The position numbers and the translations under genes were made by a program. Shown here in pieces: positions 52,604 to 64,000 of a stretch of DNA of 64,000 bases. Source of the stretch: Antedon mediterranea (Eukaryota; Animalia; Echinodermata). Below the pieces are notes generated by a model. The model did not search any database. It worked only from the letters and a program-made list of their open reading frames with translations, and was not told where the DNA came from. The number at the start of each line of letters is the position of its first letter. The stretch's first letter is position 1. The stretch lies in contig NC_092672.1 in assembly GCF_964355755.1 (NCBI RefSeq), positions 33,052,437 to 33,116,436 of the forward strand, written 5' to 3'.

Positions 52604-53169
52604 CAGAGCCATATATAGAGAGAGTTTCGACATTGAATGGATTATAAAGCCGTGTTTGTGTCCAACTATGAGTCTTTTGTTTTGAAAATGTATATAACGT
52701 TCAAAAGGCTTTAATTATCGAATTTAATATCAAAAAAATCCATTTCATTAAAGGTTTTTGTTAAAATAATAAAAAAATTATAAAGTTACTGCGAACATGA
52801 TTTAAAACAACAAAAATATCAATTTCGGAACGGCTCTGGTTGTGCGCTCCATGCACGATCTACGCGTGCGCGCTTAGTTTGTACAGCGATTCTCTATAGT
52901 AATGCATTGTTTTTACATTTTGTTTAAATTCATGTTCGCAGTAACTTTAAGATTTCGTTATTATCTTAACAAAAACTTTTAAACAAATTGATTGTTTTGA
53001 TATTAAATTCGATATTTAAAGCCTTGTGAATGTTATACATTTTTTAAGTAAATGACTCGACTCCATACGCTACATAGGCATAGTTGGACACAAATGGCCG
53101 GCGCGCGTGCACACCACGTGACTTTCTAAAATCCGTGAACGCAAAGTCGTAACTCTCTTTATGGCTCTG
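52604..53169. mobile_element. P/hAT-like non-autonomous element, 8-bp TSD
   Basis: cagagccata / tatggctctg termini; CTTTATTA at 52596-52603 and 53170-53177; long internal inverted repeat (~52680-52820 vs ~52915-53045). Confidence 0.82.
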
Positions 53170-55959
53170 CTTTATTATTGTGTGTAGCGCCCTCTTAAAA
53201 CTTCACCCTACTAAAGTTTAATAGACTCAGTTTCAGACGTTACTAAAATAATACTTCCTTCTACCGATGATGTATTGTACGTAGGCCTACTGTGTAAAAC
53301 GTTATAATAGCCTAGATATTATATTGTGTAGGTTTATTTTTTAAGTGTAAGTATATTAATTTCAAAATCCAGTTATCGGTTATGCTTATGCCATCGTAAA
53401 ATACCATAGAGTTATAACTCTATGGTATAGAAATATATTTAGGGGGAGAGCAAGCGACGATCGACGATACGTCATCATTCACAGTGCGCATGCGGGGATA
53501 TTGGAACGTCTTTCATCGCTTCCAACTAAACACGTCATCATGTATGGTCGGTGGTCGCGCGCAAATCGAACCTCATGACTGATTGATATAAAAGTAATAG
53601 GAATTACATTAGAGTATAAACTGAATGAAGAAAAAAAAGAACAACGATAAACTAAAAGTGTTCACAAGATTAGTAATACATTTTTCAATTAATCGCACAA
53701 TTTGGCCGCCTTTTGGCCACAACATTATTAGGAACCGTGCAATATAGTTTAGTAGATATAGGTAATAGTTCTACATTGTTATTGATGTTAATTTCAAGGA
53801 ATACTTTTGCATATGTGAAAATATATGTGGAAATAATCAAATGATAATGAGTATTTTTTTTAATTTTTTTTAATCTTTCGTGGGATTTGCCCACCTTTAT
53901 TGTAATTTCTTCTCATTTTCATTAACATGACTTCACAGGTATTTATAAACGTATTCATTTACGAACCAATGTATAATAGTTTAAAATGTAATTCTTAAAA
54001 CGATATAGATACATATTTGGAATAAAGGTAAATAGACTATACAGATGAAGCTATAATAGAAACAAATTAATATACATTTTGAATGAGTGTTTGTTTTTCA
54101 TTGTTGTTATGATACCGTAAGGACTAAGCGTATTCAGTACAGTTTGTCTGTAACCATGTTGGTTACCTAGTATGCCTATAAATAGAATCTTAAGTAAATA
54201 TTGATGAGAAATGAAACTAATTACATACAAACTTAGGCCTAACAAGAGCAAATGGTTTTTGCGGCAAATTAGAGTTAGCATGGTCAATCTGACGAAATGT
54301 ATGGTCTAAAATTCCAGGCCTAAACCGAATAGTCTAGAGAAATCGGCAAAGGGAAACAGAAGCTAAAAGTAATTGCTCTACTTACTTCCCTGTCGTATTG
54401 TTACGATACTACCTTTGTAACATCACTGTTATTGTACGGGTACCTTCAGCAAGTACAATTGATTTCTTTCACTTCCTATATTACCCATTGACTCGACAAA
54501 TTTCGATAATCAACAATTACACTCCTTCAAAATAATTCCGATTTTGCAGTAGGCCTAAGTCAATATAATAATAACTCTCCTAGAATTTGGCAAGGTTGAG
54601 TGTTGGATAATGTTGGACCTTTATTGTTACGAAACTTCAGATCCTAAACTTCGATATTCAATATTATATAACTTTAAGTGAAATAAAATATTATAATAGT
54701 GAGCTTTCGATTTTTGCGAAAACATATTTTCTTCGTACGCAAAAAAATAGAGCTAAAAAGTACTATTGAACGACCGTTCAATATTGCCTACTATTGCACA
54801 CCATGTCACCAACAATAGTCCAATCAAGTGACATTTAGTTAGGTGTTAGGCATAATGTACAATAATGGAGATTTCGATTTGGGCCGGAACCTACGACCAA
54901 CTAGGCCATGATATGGTCGGTCGTAGCCTCGACCAGAAAGCAAGAACAAACGTCCAAATATTTCCACATTCCCACAATGAACTATGACGTAGTTTGGCTG
55001 TCGTCGCAAATCGAAACACGCTCCCTACATGCAACGTGATTCAAGTCAAAATAAATATTTATATAACAAATAAATCACATAAAACACATTCTGAAATTCA
55101 GTTACATTATGAGAGACTTCTTAATTCAATGTTAAGCTAGATTAATTTCCCGGTAGCGAAGGATCCCACTTGCAATACGTAATATGGCACTTTAGAACCA
55201 TGCTTTAAAGATGTATTGTCCCTCAAAAACATGAACAATAAAGATTAATGAAATCAGATTTTGAATAGATTATTTTGTAGTTTTAATAAAGTTAATCCCT
55301 TTCGTACAAAAAAAACCCGGAAAAAATTAATGTTTTCACTTATGAAATGACAAAATAATTGACTGGCAGCAGCCAATTTGACTATTGTTTGCTTTAAATT
55401 ACAGTTTTTTAGGTAAATACATTTTTCATCCATTTTTTTGTCAGAATGGATAACTATTAGGTGACATTAAAATAGCATATTAAAAAAAAAAAATGTTTAA
55501 GAATTATTTCTTTAAACAATACACAGTTTTATGCAGTATATTCACATAAAGGCACAATCATCAGATGCTGTATCAGCATTAAGCTAAATTGTTTATAGTG
55601 AAACGGATGTATGTAACACAACGTTATTTTTGTACAATAATATCTTCCTTTACATTGAATTGTGGTTTTCTTTATCAGCATCTAAGCTTAAGTGATTACG
55701 AGTATTTACTTATTCTAGACTTAAGGAAATAAGCAGGTATTGTTAGTTAAGTGTAATACGTTTGTTATGAGAGAATTATTAGTAATGGTTGGTGAACACT
55801 GAAACTGCTTTCTGCAAACACAATATAAAATAACACAATGAACATGTGTTTGTCAATGATATTTATTTTAGGAAACGTTTTTCAGTTCAGATTATTATTT
55901 ATAACTAGGAGGAATTATAATCAAGTTTTCTGTATTTATAGTTACATGAAAAACAAATA

Positions 55960-56255
55960 CCAAAACAACAAACTCGAGCGTTTTGTAACATTTTTACCAC
56001 AAAAAACTCGAGCGTTTGTAACAGGTTTTGTAACATTTTATACCACAACAAACCTGAGTGTTTGTAACAGGTTTAGCAAAATGTTATACCACAACAAATT
56101 CGAGCGTTTGTAACAGGTTTGGCAACATTTTATACCACAACAAACTCGAGCGTTTGCTAATGGTTTAGCAACATTTTATACCACAACAAACTCGAGCGTT
56201 TGTAATAGGTTTAGCAACATTTTATACCACAACAAACCTGAATGTTTGTAACAGT
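55960..56255. repeat. ~47-bp tandem repeat, ~6 copies
   Basis: acaacaaactcgagcgtttgtaacaggtttagcaacattttatacc units. Confidence 0.85.
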
Positions 56256-56439
56256 TATTTATCACATATGTGTGTCATAAACCTATCATCACTACTTTAT
56301 TGGGCCTTATAAAAATCTCGACATAAGTGCACTACATCATTGTTTAGCGTTTAGATTTATTGGTACCTGGTGGGGATTATGCAGACAATATCAAATAAAA
56401 TCCCTGAATGATCATATTGTGTGCTACTTAAAAGAGTGC

Positions 56440-56652
56440 TGATCATAATAAATGCAACAATAATTTAAATCCAATGTTAACACACGGGTTTTGATTGGTT
56501 GTTGTAGTTGGTTTCTGATTAGTCATTCATCATCAGGAAGTTGGTGAGATTACCAAACCGTTGGTACATTTTCTATTCCTGGTTCACACTGTGCGGCGTT
56601 AGTACACGTTCACAGGATCTTTTAATCAATTTATACAAAAACAATTAACAAG
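56440..56652 (+). promoter_or_regulatory. Probable promoter and non-coding first exon of the Reeler gene
   Basis: Inverted CCAAT (gattgg), AP-1-like ttagtca, ETS caggaagt, strong donor AAG|GTAAGT at 56652; the next acceptor precedes the ATG at 59053; homologous copy at 63.7-63.9 kb. Confidence 0.55.
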
Positions 56653-58245
56653 GTAAGTGATAATTAGTGTATTGTAGGCCAACCAACTTTGTTACCATTT
56701 TAGTTTACTGGGTAATTTGGCGTATGCGCAACACCTAGAATGTATACTCCTAAGACCTAAGATATAGACGAAAGGTGTAGGCCTACTCATAAACATTTTA
56801 GTACGGGAGTGAATTTTGTATTTGTGTATACTTAATTCTATATTAGGCTAGGCAATTAGTAACCATAAATAAGGTGCTTACTCAAAATTGTATATAGTTA
56901 TATTAAAATACAACAAGGTTTGTTATTCCTGCATGAAAACATTTTTGTAATATATTTGTAAATTTATATTTTAAGTTAGGGTGCCACAGATTAAAAGCTT
57001 CGCTTGCTTGTGGTTATCCTGTTTTTCACACTTTATTGTACTTAATTTTCTATTTATATTTTTATGAATGTTGTGTGAAAAATAAAAAAATTATGTACAA
57101 AAGTGGAACAGGCGAATGGTTCTTTTATTTACTTTTATTTATTAATTTTATTCATTTAGCATTCATTCAACATAACATCTAAAATACATAACAAAGAAAA
57201 AATACCAACAATTGGAATATTAAAATTGAATAAAACCAAAGTTTTTTGAAAAGGCCAACAGAGTTTCCCCATGGGGATAATAAAGTTTTAATTGAATTGA
57301 ATTGAAATTGAATTGAAGTGACTGAATTAAATAAAATAAAGTCATAACATTGTAGCAAGGAAGTGAATTTTGTATTTGTGTGTATACTTTATTAGGTTTG
57401 GCAATTAGTACAATCATCAACAAAGTTTACTCAAAATTGTATTGAAAAATACTAATCTGAGATATGTTTTATTTTATTTGTGTTTTATTAGGCCTATTTT
57501 ATTTTTACCAAAACGCCACGACATAGAATATCTCTACACACAGTTTAGGCGGAAGGTCCCGTCATAAAATGTTAGTACGGAAGTGAATTTTGTATTTAGT
57601 GTACACTCCATTTCACATTAGACTATTATATTAAGTGTGCTGGTATTATATATATATGTGAACTTTTATTCAATCAATCGTACATTTGTTATAATGGTAA
57701 CCATAATAACGTATAATATTACAGAAAAAAAAAACCAATTTAAATATTAATTATAAAATATATACAATGATTATTTACAGTATAGATAATAATAATTGTT
57801 TCTATTGACTATTATTGGAAACAGAAGTTGAATAATAAAATACTGAAAAGTTTAATTAGAGGTTTACAATCAATGGAAAAGATGAAAACATATAATATTG
57901 TAAGTATTAAAAGTAGCAAATAGTGTTTAGGAAGATTACTGTATATTGGCAACGGCCTACAGATGAACATGGTTATAAGCAAAAGTTATATAAGTATATA
58001 AAGTATATATCCTTTTAATTAAAATCACTATTCATTGCAATTTAAAGTATTTATTTGCAAATTTCTATCAAAAAGCCGTATAGGCCTACAACAAAGTTTC
58101 TTTAGACAAATATAGTATATTTGCATGGCGGTTTGCATTACTCCTGTATATATCTTATTGAATAGGCCAAAAATATGTATGTTAAACGCAGTGATATGTA
58201 ATAACCGAAGGCTGGATGGCAATCTTTTAATGTTATCGCAGTTCA

Positions 58246-58647
58246 AAAGTGATTCTCCATGAAGAGGGAACCAACAAGATGGCGGCTGCAATCGACCAAT
58301 CAGATATGCCCTACGCAGTACGCACTACAACGCCTGTGTGTTGAGCCTATCTGCTGCGTGAGAACAATACGCAACGCAGCGCGTTAAGCGTATAAACGCG
58401 GACGCATTCTATATGATCCTCGTATACGTACAATTGCTAGATTACCAAGAAATTATTCATTCTATTGCGATTAAAAATAATTATATTAAATTTTATAAAA
58501 ACTTCACTGTGCTTTGAAAAGAATATGTGTTGCAATTTATGTGGTCTTAATGTATTATATTTGATTATTATTTTGTATATTAAATAATGTTTATGAACAC
58601 ATTTACGGCCGCCATCTTGTTGGTTCTCCTCTGTGTGAATCACTTTT
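58246..58647. mobile_element. MITE-like inverted-repeat element
   Basis: aaaagtgattc...gaaccaacaagatggcggc / gccgccatcttgttggttc...gaatcactttt. Confidence 0.6.
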
Positions 58648-59052
58648 CAGTCCGGAGTGCGCCCTCTAGGCTTCGGCTTTACCTCACTGGTTAAACGTCA
58701 ACTCCCTCCTGTGATTTTCAAGTAGCCTCTATTAAAAAAGGAATGACCAACTTTGTTCCATTAAATGGTTTTCTTAAAGTTGTTCACGTTCAAGAGTCGG
58801 TGTCAGATTATTTCAAAATGGTAGCATAAATAAAATGTCGATGACATAATACAGTATTTTAGCGCCCTCCGAACGCCTCTGAAATGTGTTCATTGGTTGA
58901 CGCTAAGTATATATTTTTATTTTGTCTAATTTTCTTGCAATTGAACTGTATGGCAAGGCAAATGAATTCACAATTATATCTGGACACTTATACTTAAAAC
59001 TTGAATGTACAAATTGTGACGTAATTACGTTTGAAATTGTGTTTATAGAAGA

Positions 59053-61648
59053 ATGAATGCCGTACTGATTTTCAGCGCATGCCTGTCTATGGCATTTGCG
59101 CGTTCCACTGGACCCCCAACAGATGCTTGTACCGATATGATTCCTCAACATGGAGGCTTGACTGTGTCAGGAGAACCTCCATATGCTGTCAACATTGGTT
59201 CAATGAAGTACGCCACAGGATCTCCTGTTCAAGGTAGGCCTAAGACTGTCTCCAATCTTAAAACAAAATGTTGCTTTTGCTTTTCTTGGAGAAGCTATCA
59301 AACAAACTGGCCAAAAAAGAGAAAAAAAAAATTAAGAAAATCTGCGCAAACTCACAAACTCCTTATTTCTTTATTCTTAACAACAGTCACCGTTGCAACT
59401 ACAAATGGAACCTCTTTCCGAGGCTTCTTTGTCCAAGCCAGAGTGAACGATACTGATTTTGTAACTAATCCAGCTTTAGGAATGTTCTCCAATTACCCCG
59501 AGCAGACAGGTGGTGTGGAATGTACCACTGACAATGCTAACGTAAGAACGTCTTATTTTTACTAGGTCAATAATTACTAGTGGAAACTAGACACTAAGAT
59601 TGTCTAGAATCCCGCTTGAAACCGAATTAATTGCAGCTTTCGTTTGGCACCAAATTCCGCTTGTGACAGAATTCCGATTTAAATAGAATTCCGCTTGAAA
59701 CAGAATTCCGCTTCCGTTTGGCACCAAATTCCGCTTGGGACAGAATTCCGCTTTAAAAAGAGTTCCGCTTGAAACAGAATTCCGCTTAAAACTGAATTCT
59801 CGTTAGGAACCGAATTCCGCTTGAATCGGAATTCCGTTCGAAACAAAATTTCGCTTGGGACAGAATTCCTATTGAATTAGAATTTAGCTTGAAACAAAAT
59901 TATGCATGGAAACATAACTTCTCTAATTAAGCGTTGTTCATGCTCAGAATGAATTTAGTCTTATTGTTCTTTCATCCGTTTCTACTTAAGTTTATATCGA
60001 GCTAAATATATTTGTTTATAGAGTGCTTGGGGACATACAAATAATAATGACAAAACGAGTGTCATGGCCACTTGGACATACGATGGACCATGTGAAGATG
60101 TCGGCGATTTAGCTTTTAGGTACGGTAATTATTTCTGAATTCCGTTAAAATGATGCAAATGGTAGGCCTATATTATTTTATATTAAATGCATATTCACAA
60201 TACGGTGTCACATGTTACATTCAATGAATCTGGCTTTTTTTTAATAATAATTAATATGTCCTTGCTTACAGGTATAACACAATGAGCTTAGATTGGTTTC
60301 CTCATATCGCCACGCTTCGGTTATTAATCCGGAAATCATTGTAGTCGAAAGAATCGACATTTAACTGGTATGAGGTCGGATATATAGCCAGTCGGATTCC
60401 CTTTATTTTCTCAATCCAGCCAAGCTTATGACTAAGCACAAGCGAAAGATTATCCAAATTGTTGCTCGTGATTGGTCAGCCTGCCTTGCGTGAACGGCAC
60501 TGCGTTTCTTCCCAGCGCAAGCGCGAAGGATCAGAAACAATGTTGTCTATTGACACGACAACAATAGTTTTAAAATCACGGCGAGTAGCCTTATGAATAG
60601 CCTAATTTGTTTTATTGTATTTCAGAGTGACTGTAGTCCAAGGTGATCCTCGAACACGATATTACACTGACATCGTCTCCAACAATCTAATGTTTGATGC
60701 CGAGATGTGCGACACCAGTGCAGCTAGTGAGTTTATAGTCACAAACAAGTTTTCTCTCTAATAAAACTTAACTTATAACTATGAATTGTTATCAAATAAA
60801 ATATCTTGTATTTGCCTTCCTATATCCTCTCTGCCTGATCCTCTCCCTCCCTTTCCGCGCGCGGACTGAAAGCCATTTTTGCGTAACGTTTTGCGAACTG
60901 TGTTTTAGGTGTTATGTTAACTATTTAATATTTTGTATTTTTCAGGTACGACAACGGAGCAGCCAGTAAGTTTGGTTAAACTAATGAATTCAAATCAAAT
61001 ATTGTGTATTAGCCCCATACATCCTGTCTGCCTGTCTTTCTCCCGCTCTTTCCCACCAATCTTTGAAAGAATTAAGTTTTGCTGCCCCATGTTCCTGTAC
61101 AATACGAATTAAAAAATCTAGGATAATTGAAATCTTTTATGTATTGTTTTAATCCGTGCGCGGACTGAAAGCCATTTGTGCGCAAAAAATGCTGTGTTTT
61201 AGGTGTATGTTAACTAATTTACTATTTTCTTTTGTTTTTCAGAATGGAGCAGCCAGTAAGTTTGGATACCTATCAAGTTTTCTCTCTAATAAACTTTACT
61301 GTTAACTATGAATTTCTATCAAATAAAATATCTTGTATTGCCCGGCCTATATCCTGTCTGCTTGATCCTCTCCCGCCTTTTCTCATCCATGTTTTGCTGC
61401 CCCATGTTCATGTACAATACAAATTTATAAATCGAACGGGAAAGGGTAACCGGAATCTTTTATGTATTGTTTCATGTTGTTGTCATCCGCGTACGCGAAC
61501 TGAAAGCCATTTGTGCGCAAAAGGTTTTTGCGAACTGTGTTTTAGGTGTTTGTTAACTACTTTAATATTTTTGTATTTTTCAGATTACGTCATATCATCA
61601 ATCTTTACAATTATCTCTAGTATCATGGTAGCTGTTCTTGCTTATTAG
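59053..61648 (+). CDS. Secreted Reeler-domain protein (putative defense protein type), probable GPI anchor; exons 59053-59233, 59387-59541, 60022-60119, 60626-60726, 60946-60965, 61243-61255, 61584-61648 (~210 aa)
   Basis: Signal peptide, then STGPP..AC.DM.P.HG, PY.V, FRGFFVQAR, G.F, C, HTNN.DK..V...W, FR.TVVQ Reeler motifs. All junctions are GT-AG and phase-consistent; C-terminus NGAA + hydrophobic tail without a cytoplasmic segment. Confidence 0.88.
59606..59915. repeat. ~18-bp minisatellite (aattccgcttgaaacag) in a Reeler intron
   Basis: Visible tandem units. Confidence 0.85.
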
Positions 61649-62329
61649 ATTCTCGTAACTTTATAATCACACACAGTTTATAGAAAATATTTTATAGAAG
61701 AATATAGAAACAAAATGAAAGCAATGTTTTAGTAAGAAAAGAATGATCCATTGACTACCGAACGTACGAGGGCGTTCTTTTCTATATTTCTTTGTAAGCA
61801 CGCGCGCGTCATCTTGGAAATGTTGCTGTATTTGATAATGCTGGACATACAATGCCTACACCATACATACAGAGACCAAGCACTACTTCTAAAAAGCAGG
61901 GTACAACCAATTCATGTATTCAGTGCAATTTATGCATTCATCGTTTAATTATAATTTTTCACAATAACTCGTCTTCTGCGAGCAACATACTGGTCACGTG
62001 GCGTCGCAAAAATTTGTAGATTGTAGAAGAAATGATCAGCTCCTCATAAACGGATTTATTCTATGCTTTAGTAAAAGATTCTGCACATAAGGCTGTTGAG
62101 AAAATGTTTGTTTTATTTTATTAGTACATCATAGGTTAGACCTATAATAACCAAGGCTGTCAAACACGGATGTTATAAAAATAATGTATTATTCGTTATT
62201 TTTTGCTATAATAAAGAGTATACACTGGTCGGATTAGATTTTTTATATAATAAAAGTTCTTTGAGAAAACTATTTTGTTTTGTATCGTTTCCAAAATTTA
62301 GTCGTTGGATTTTTCTTTTCATTCAAACT

Positions 62330-62880
62330 ACTCGCCTCCAAGAGCCCACTCAGATCCGTTGTTTGCATCCCTTTCCCTTTTAAAAATTTACGATATAAAT
62401 TGCCTTCAACAATGTATTTTCGTATACTCTTGGTTAAATTCCCTAATCCCGGCTCAATTTCAACCCCTGTTCAAATTCAATTTCAACTATCATAGTCATA
62501 ACACAAGAACCTCAAATAAAATACATATTCCATTACACAAAACACTATCTTTCAAACATAACATTCAGTTTTCAGGGCCAAAATATTGGAACAACTTACC
62601 CAAATACATAACCAAATCGCCAACAAAAAAACATTTCACTTTTAAGCTAAAAAGGCATCTATTATCCACAAATAATCACTGAATTCTAAATAATATTAAT
62701 TCAAATTTCTTTGATATTTTCAATCGGTTACTTTTGTTTTACTTTGGTTTTTTTAATGATTTTTTGATATTTTTTATTTTTTGGCAGCCCACCACAAGTT
62801 TACACTTTCTGGGGTTCGCCTCTCTTATTTAAAATTGTTTTTTTACAAACACTGTTAATAGAAAAGAGAAGAGAAATAAA
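62330..62880 (+). mobile_element. 5'-truncated LINE 3' end (CR1/L2/Crack type)
   Basis: AHSDPLF..L.LL...I, H.HNTR, F.GPK.WNNLP..I, F..KLK..LL C-terminal motifs followed by a T-rich 3'UTR and AATAAA. Confidence 0.8.
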
Positions 62881-63519
62881 TGTTCTGAATATAAAGATGT
62901 ATTGTCCCACTGAAAAAAATAATTATTTAATTTTTTGTTGTTGAATATCCCATTTTAATGTCACATAATAGTTATCCACTTTGACCAATAATTAGATTGA
63001 AAAAAATGCATTTACCGGCAAAAACTGCAAAAAAAATAGTCAAATTGGCTGCAATGGATTTTTAGTTGAATTTAACCAATTTTGTCATTTTATAAGGGAA
63101 AACATTATTTGTTTTTTTTTCTACGGAAGTGATGAACTTGATTAAGACTACAAAATAACCTATTCAAAGTCTGAATTAACTAATCTTCATTTTTTCATGT
63201 TTTTAGGGGACAACATATAATTAAACCCGTATTTATTTTGGTTAAAACAGTGGATCGGCGGACCGTAATGTACATGTGATACCACTTATACTTGGTACAT
63301 CGCCATACACGTTCAGAATATACTACACATTGACCCTTGTTATCTTATTTAATAAGTCTATAGACATAAAGCGGTAGGCCTGTGCCGTGTACAGTGGTAA
63401 CCTACCAGATTCACTCACCTGATAATTTAATTATATATAACAACAAGCAACAGGATTACTCCTCTTCCCCAATCTCTAGCACATTATGCATAACCATTAG
63501 ATATTATTTTCCCATTACC

Positions 63520-63665
63520 TATTAATTATAAAGCGTCTAATGTTGTGAAACCTTCATGTGCTGTATTATTATCACCCCGGTCATTTTTGATCAATCGCGT
63601 ATGAATACGTTATGCTTTGACCTAAGGTACCCATTTGTACACCTGGGTGGAGAGAGGCAAACGTA
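63520..63665 (-). mobile_element. CORE-type SINE fragment
   Basis: Minus strand tgcctctctccacccaggtgtacaaatgggtacc, resembling the conserved SINE core domain. Confidence 0.55.
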
Positions 63666-63709
63666 ACAAAATTGTGGGTTATGGAGGGGATAATACAAAA
63701 TAGAAATCA

Positions 63710-63921
63710 TGATCGATGATTATTGCAACAAATTAATATTCATCAATTTTAACACATGGTTTTGATTGGTTGTTGTAGTAGTTTGTGATTAGTCATTTAT
63801 CAGGGAGTTAATGAGATTTAAAAAAAAACCAGCCGTTGGTATTTCTGCATTCTTGGTTCACATCGTGCGACGCTGGTAGCCCTACTCAAGGATCTTGGTA
63901 AATTAAACAAAACAATTGAAG
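63710..63921 (+). promoter_or_regulatory. Paralogous copy of the 56440-56652 promoter/first exon
   Basis: Colinear homology (ttttgattggttgttgtagt..gtt..tgattagtcatt, ccgttggta, tggttcaca, aggatctt, aaacaatt..aag|GT). Confidence 0.65.
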
Positions 63922-64000
63922 GTAGGTGATAGGTGATACGTAGTCAAAATTGTATTTAGTATCGAAAATCCAACAAGAATTGTTACCACTGAAAACCATG

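Noticed and set aside
61232-61648. 138-aa ORF at the Reeler 3' end
   Set aside because: Mostly duplicated intron sequence; only 61243-61255 and 61584-61648 fit the spliced model.

Overview
AT-rich, intron-rich animal genomic DNA, probably a marine invertebrate and echinoderm-like in its repeat content (inference). There are no prokaryotic features such as operons, CRISPR or rRNA. Three host protein genes are supported. (1) The first coding exon of D-glucuronyl C5-epimerase (GLCE, minus strand, 4170-4653); the rest of the gene lies left of the window and a probable 5'UTR exon and promoter sit near 26.1-26.3 kb. (2) A three-exon 7-TM protein of the PRRT3/PRRT4-like type (50093-51633) that needs a GC-AG intron. 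(3) A secreted, probably GPI-anchored Reeler-domain protein (59053-61648) with two frame-coupled microexons born by tandem duplication; a duplicated promoter/first exon at the right edge points to a tandem paralog. The rest is mostly mobile DNA. It includes an intact APE-RT LINE that splits a tRNA/Nin-domain SINE, a 4.25-kb Academ-like element, a foldback-like element carrying kB-like motifs, many MITEs with 2-9 bp target-site duplications (TSDs), and several minisatellites that share one MITE-derived motif. A TATA-driven two-exon transcript with no real ORF and a structured intron island (26.5-28.3 kb) is the best candidate for an unannotated ncRNA gene. All family assignments come from motif recognition by eye, not from database searches.
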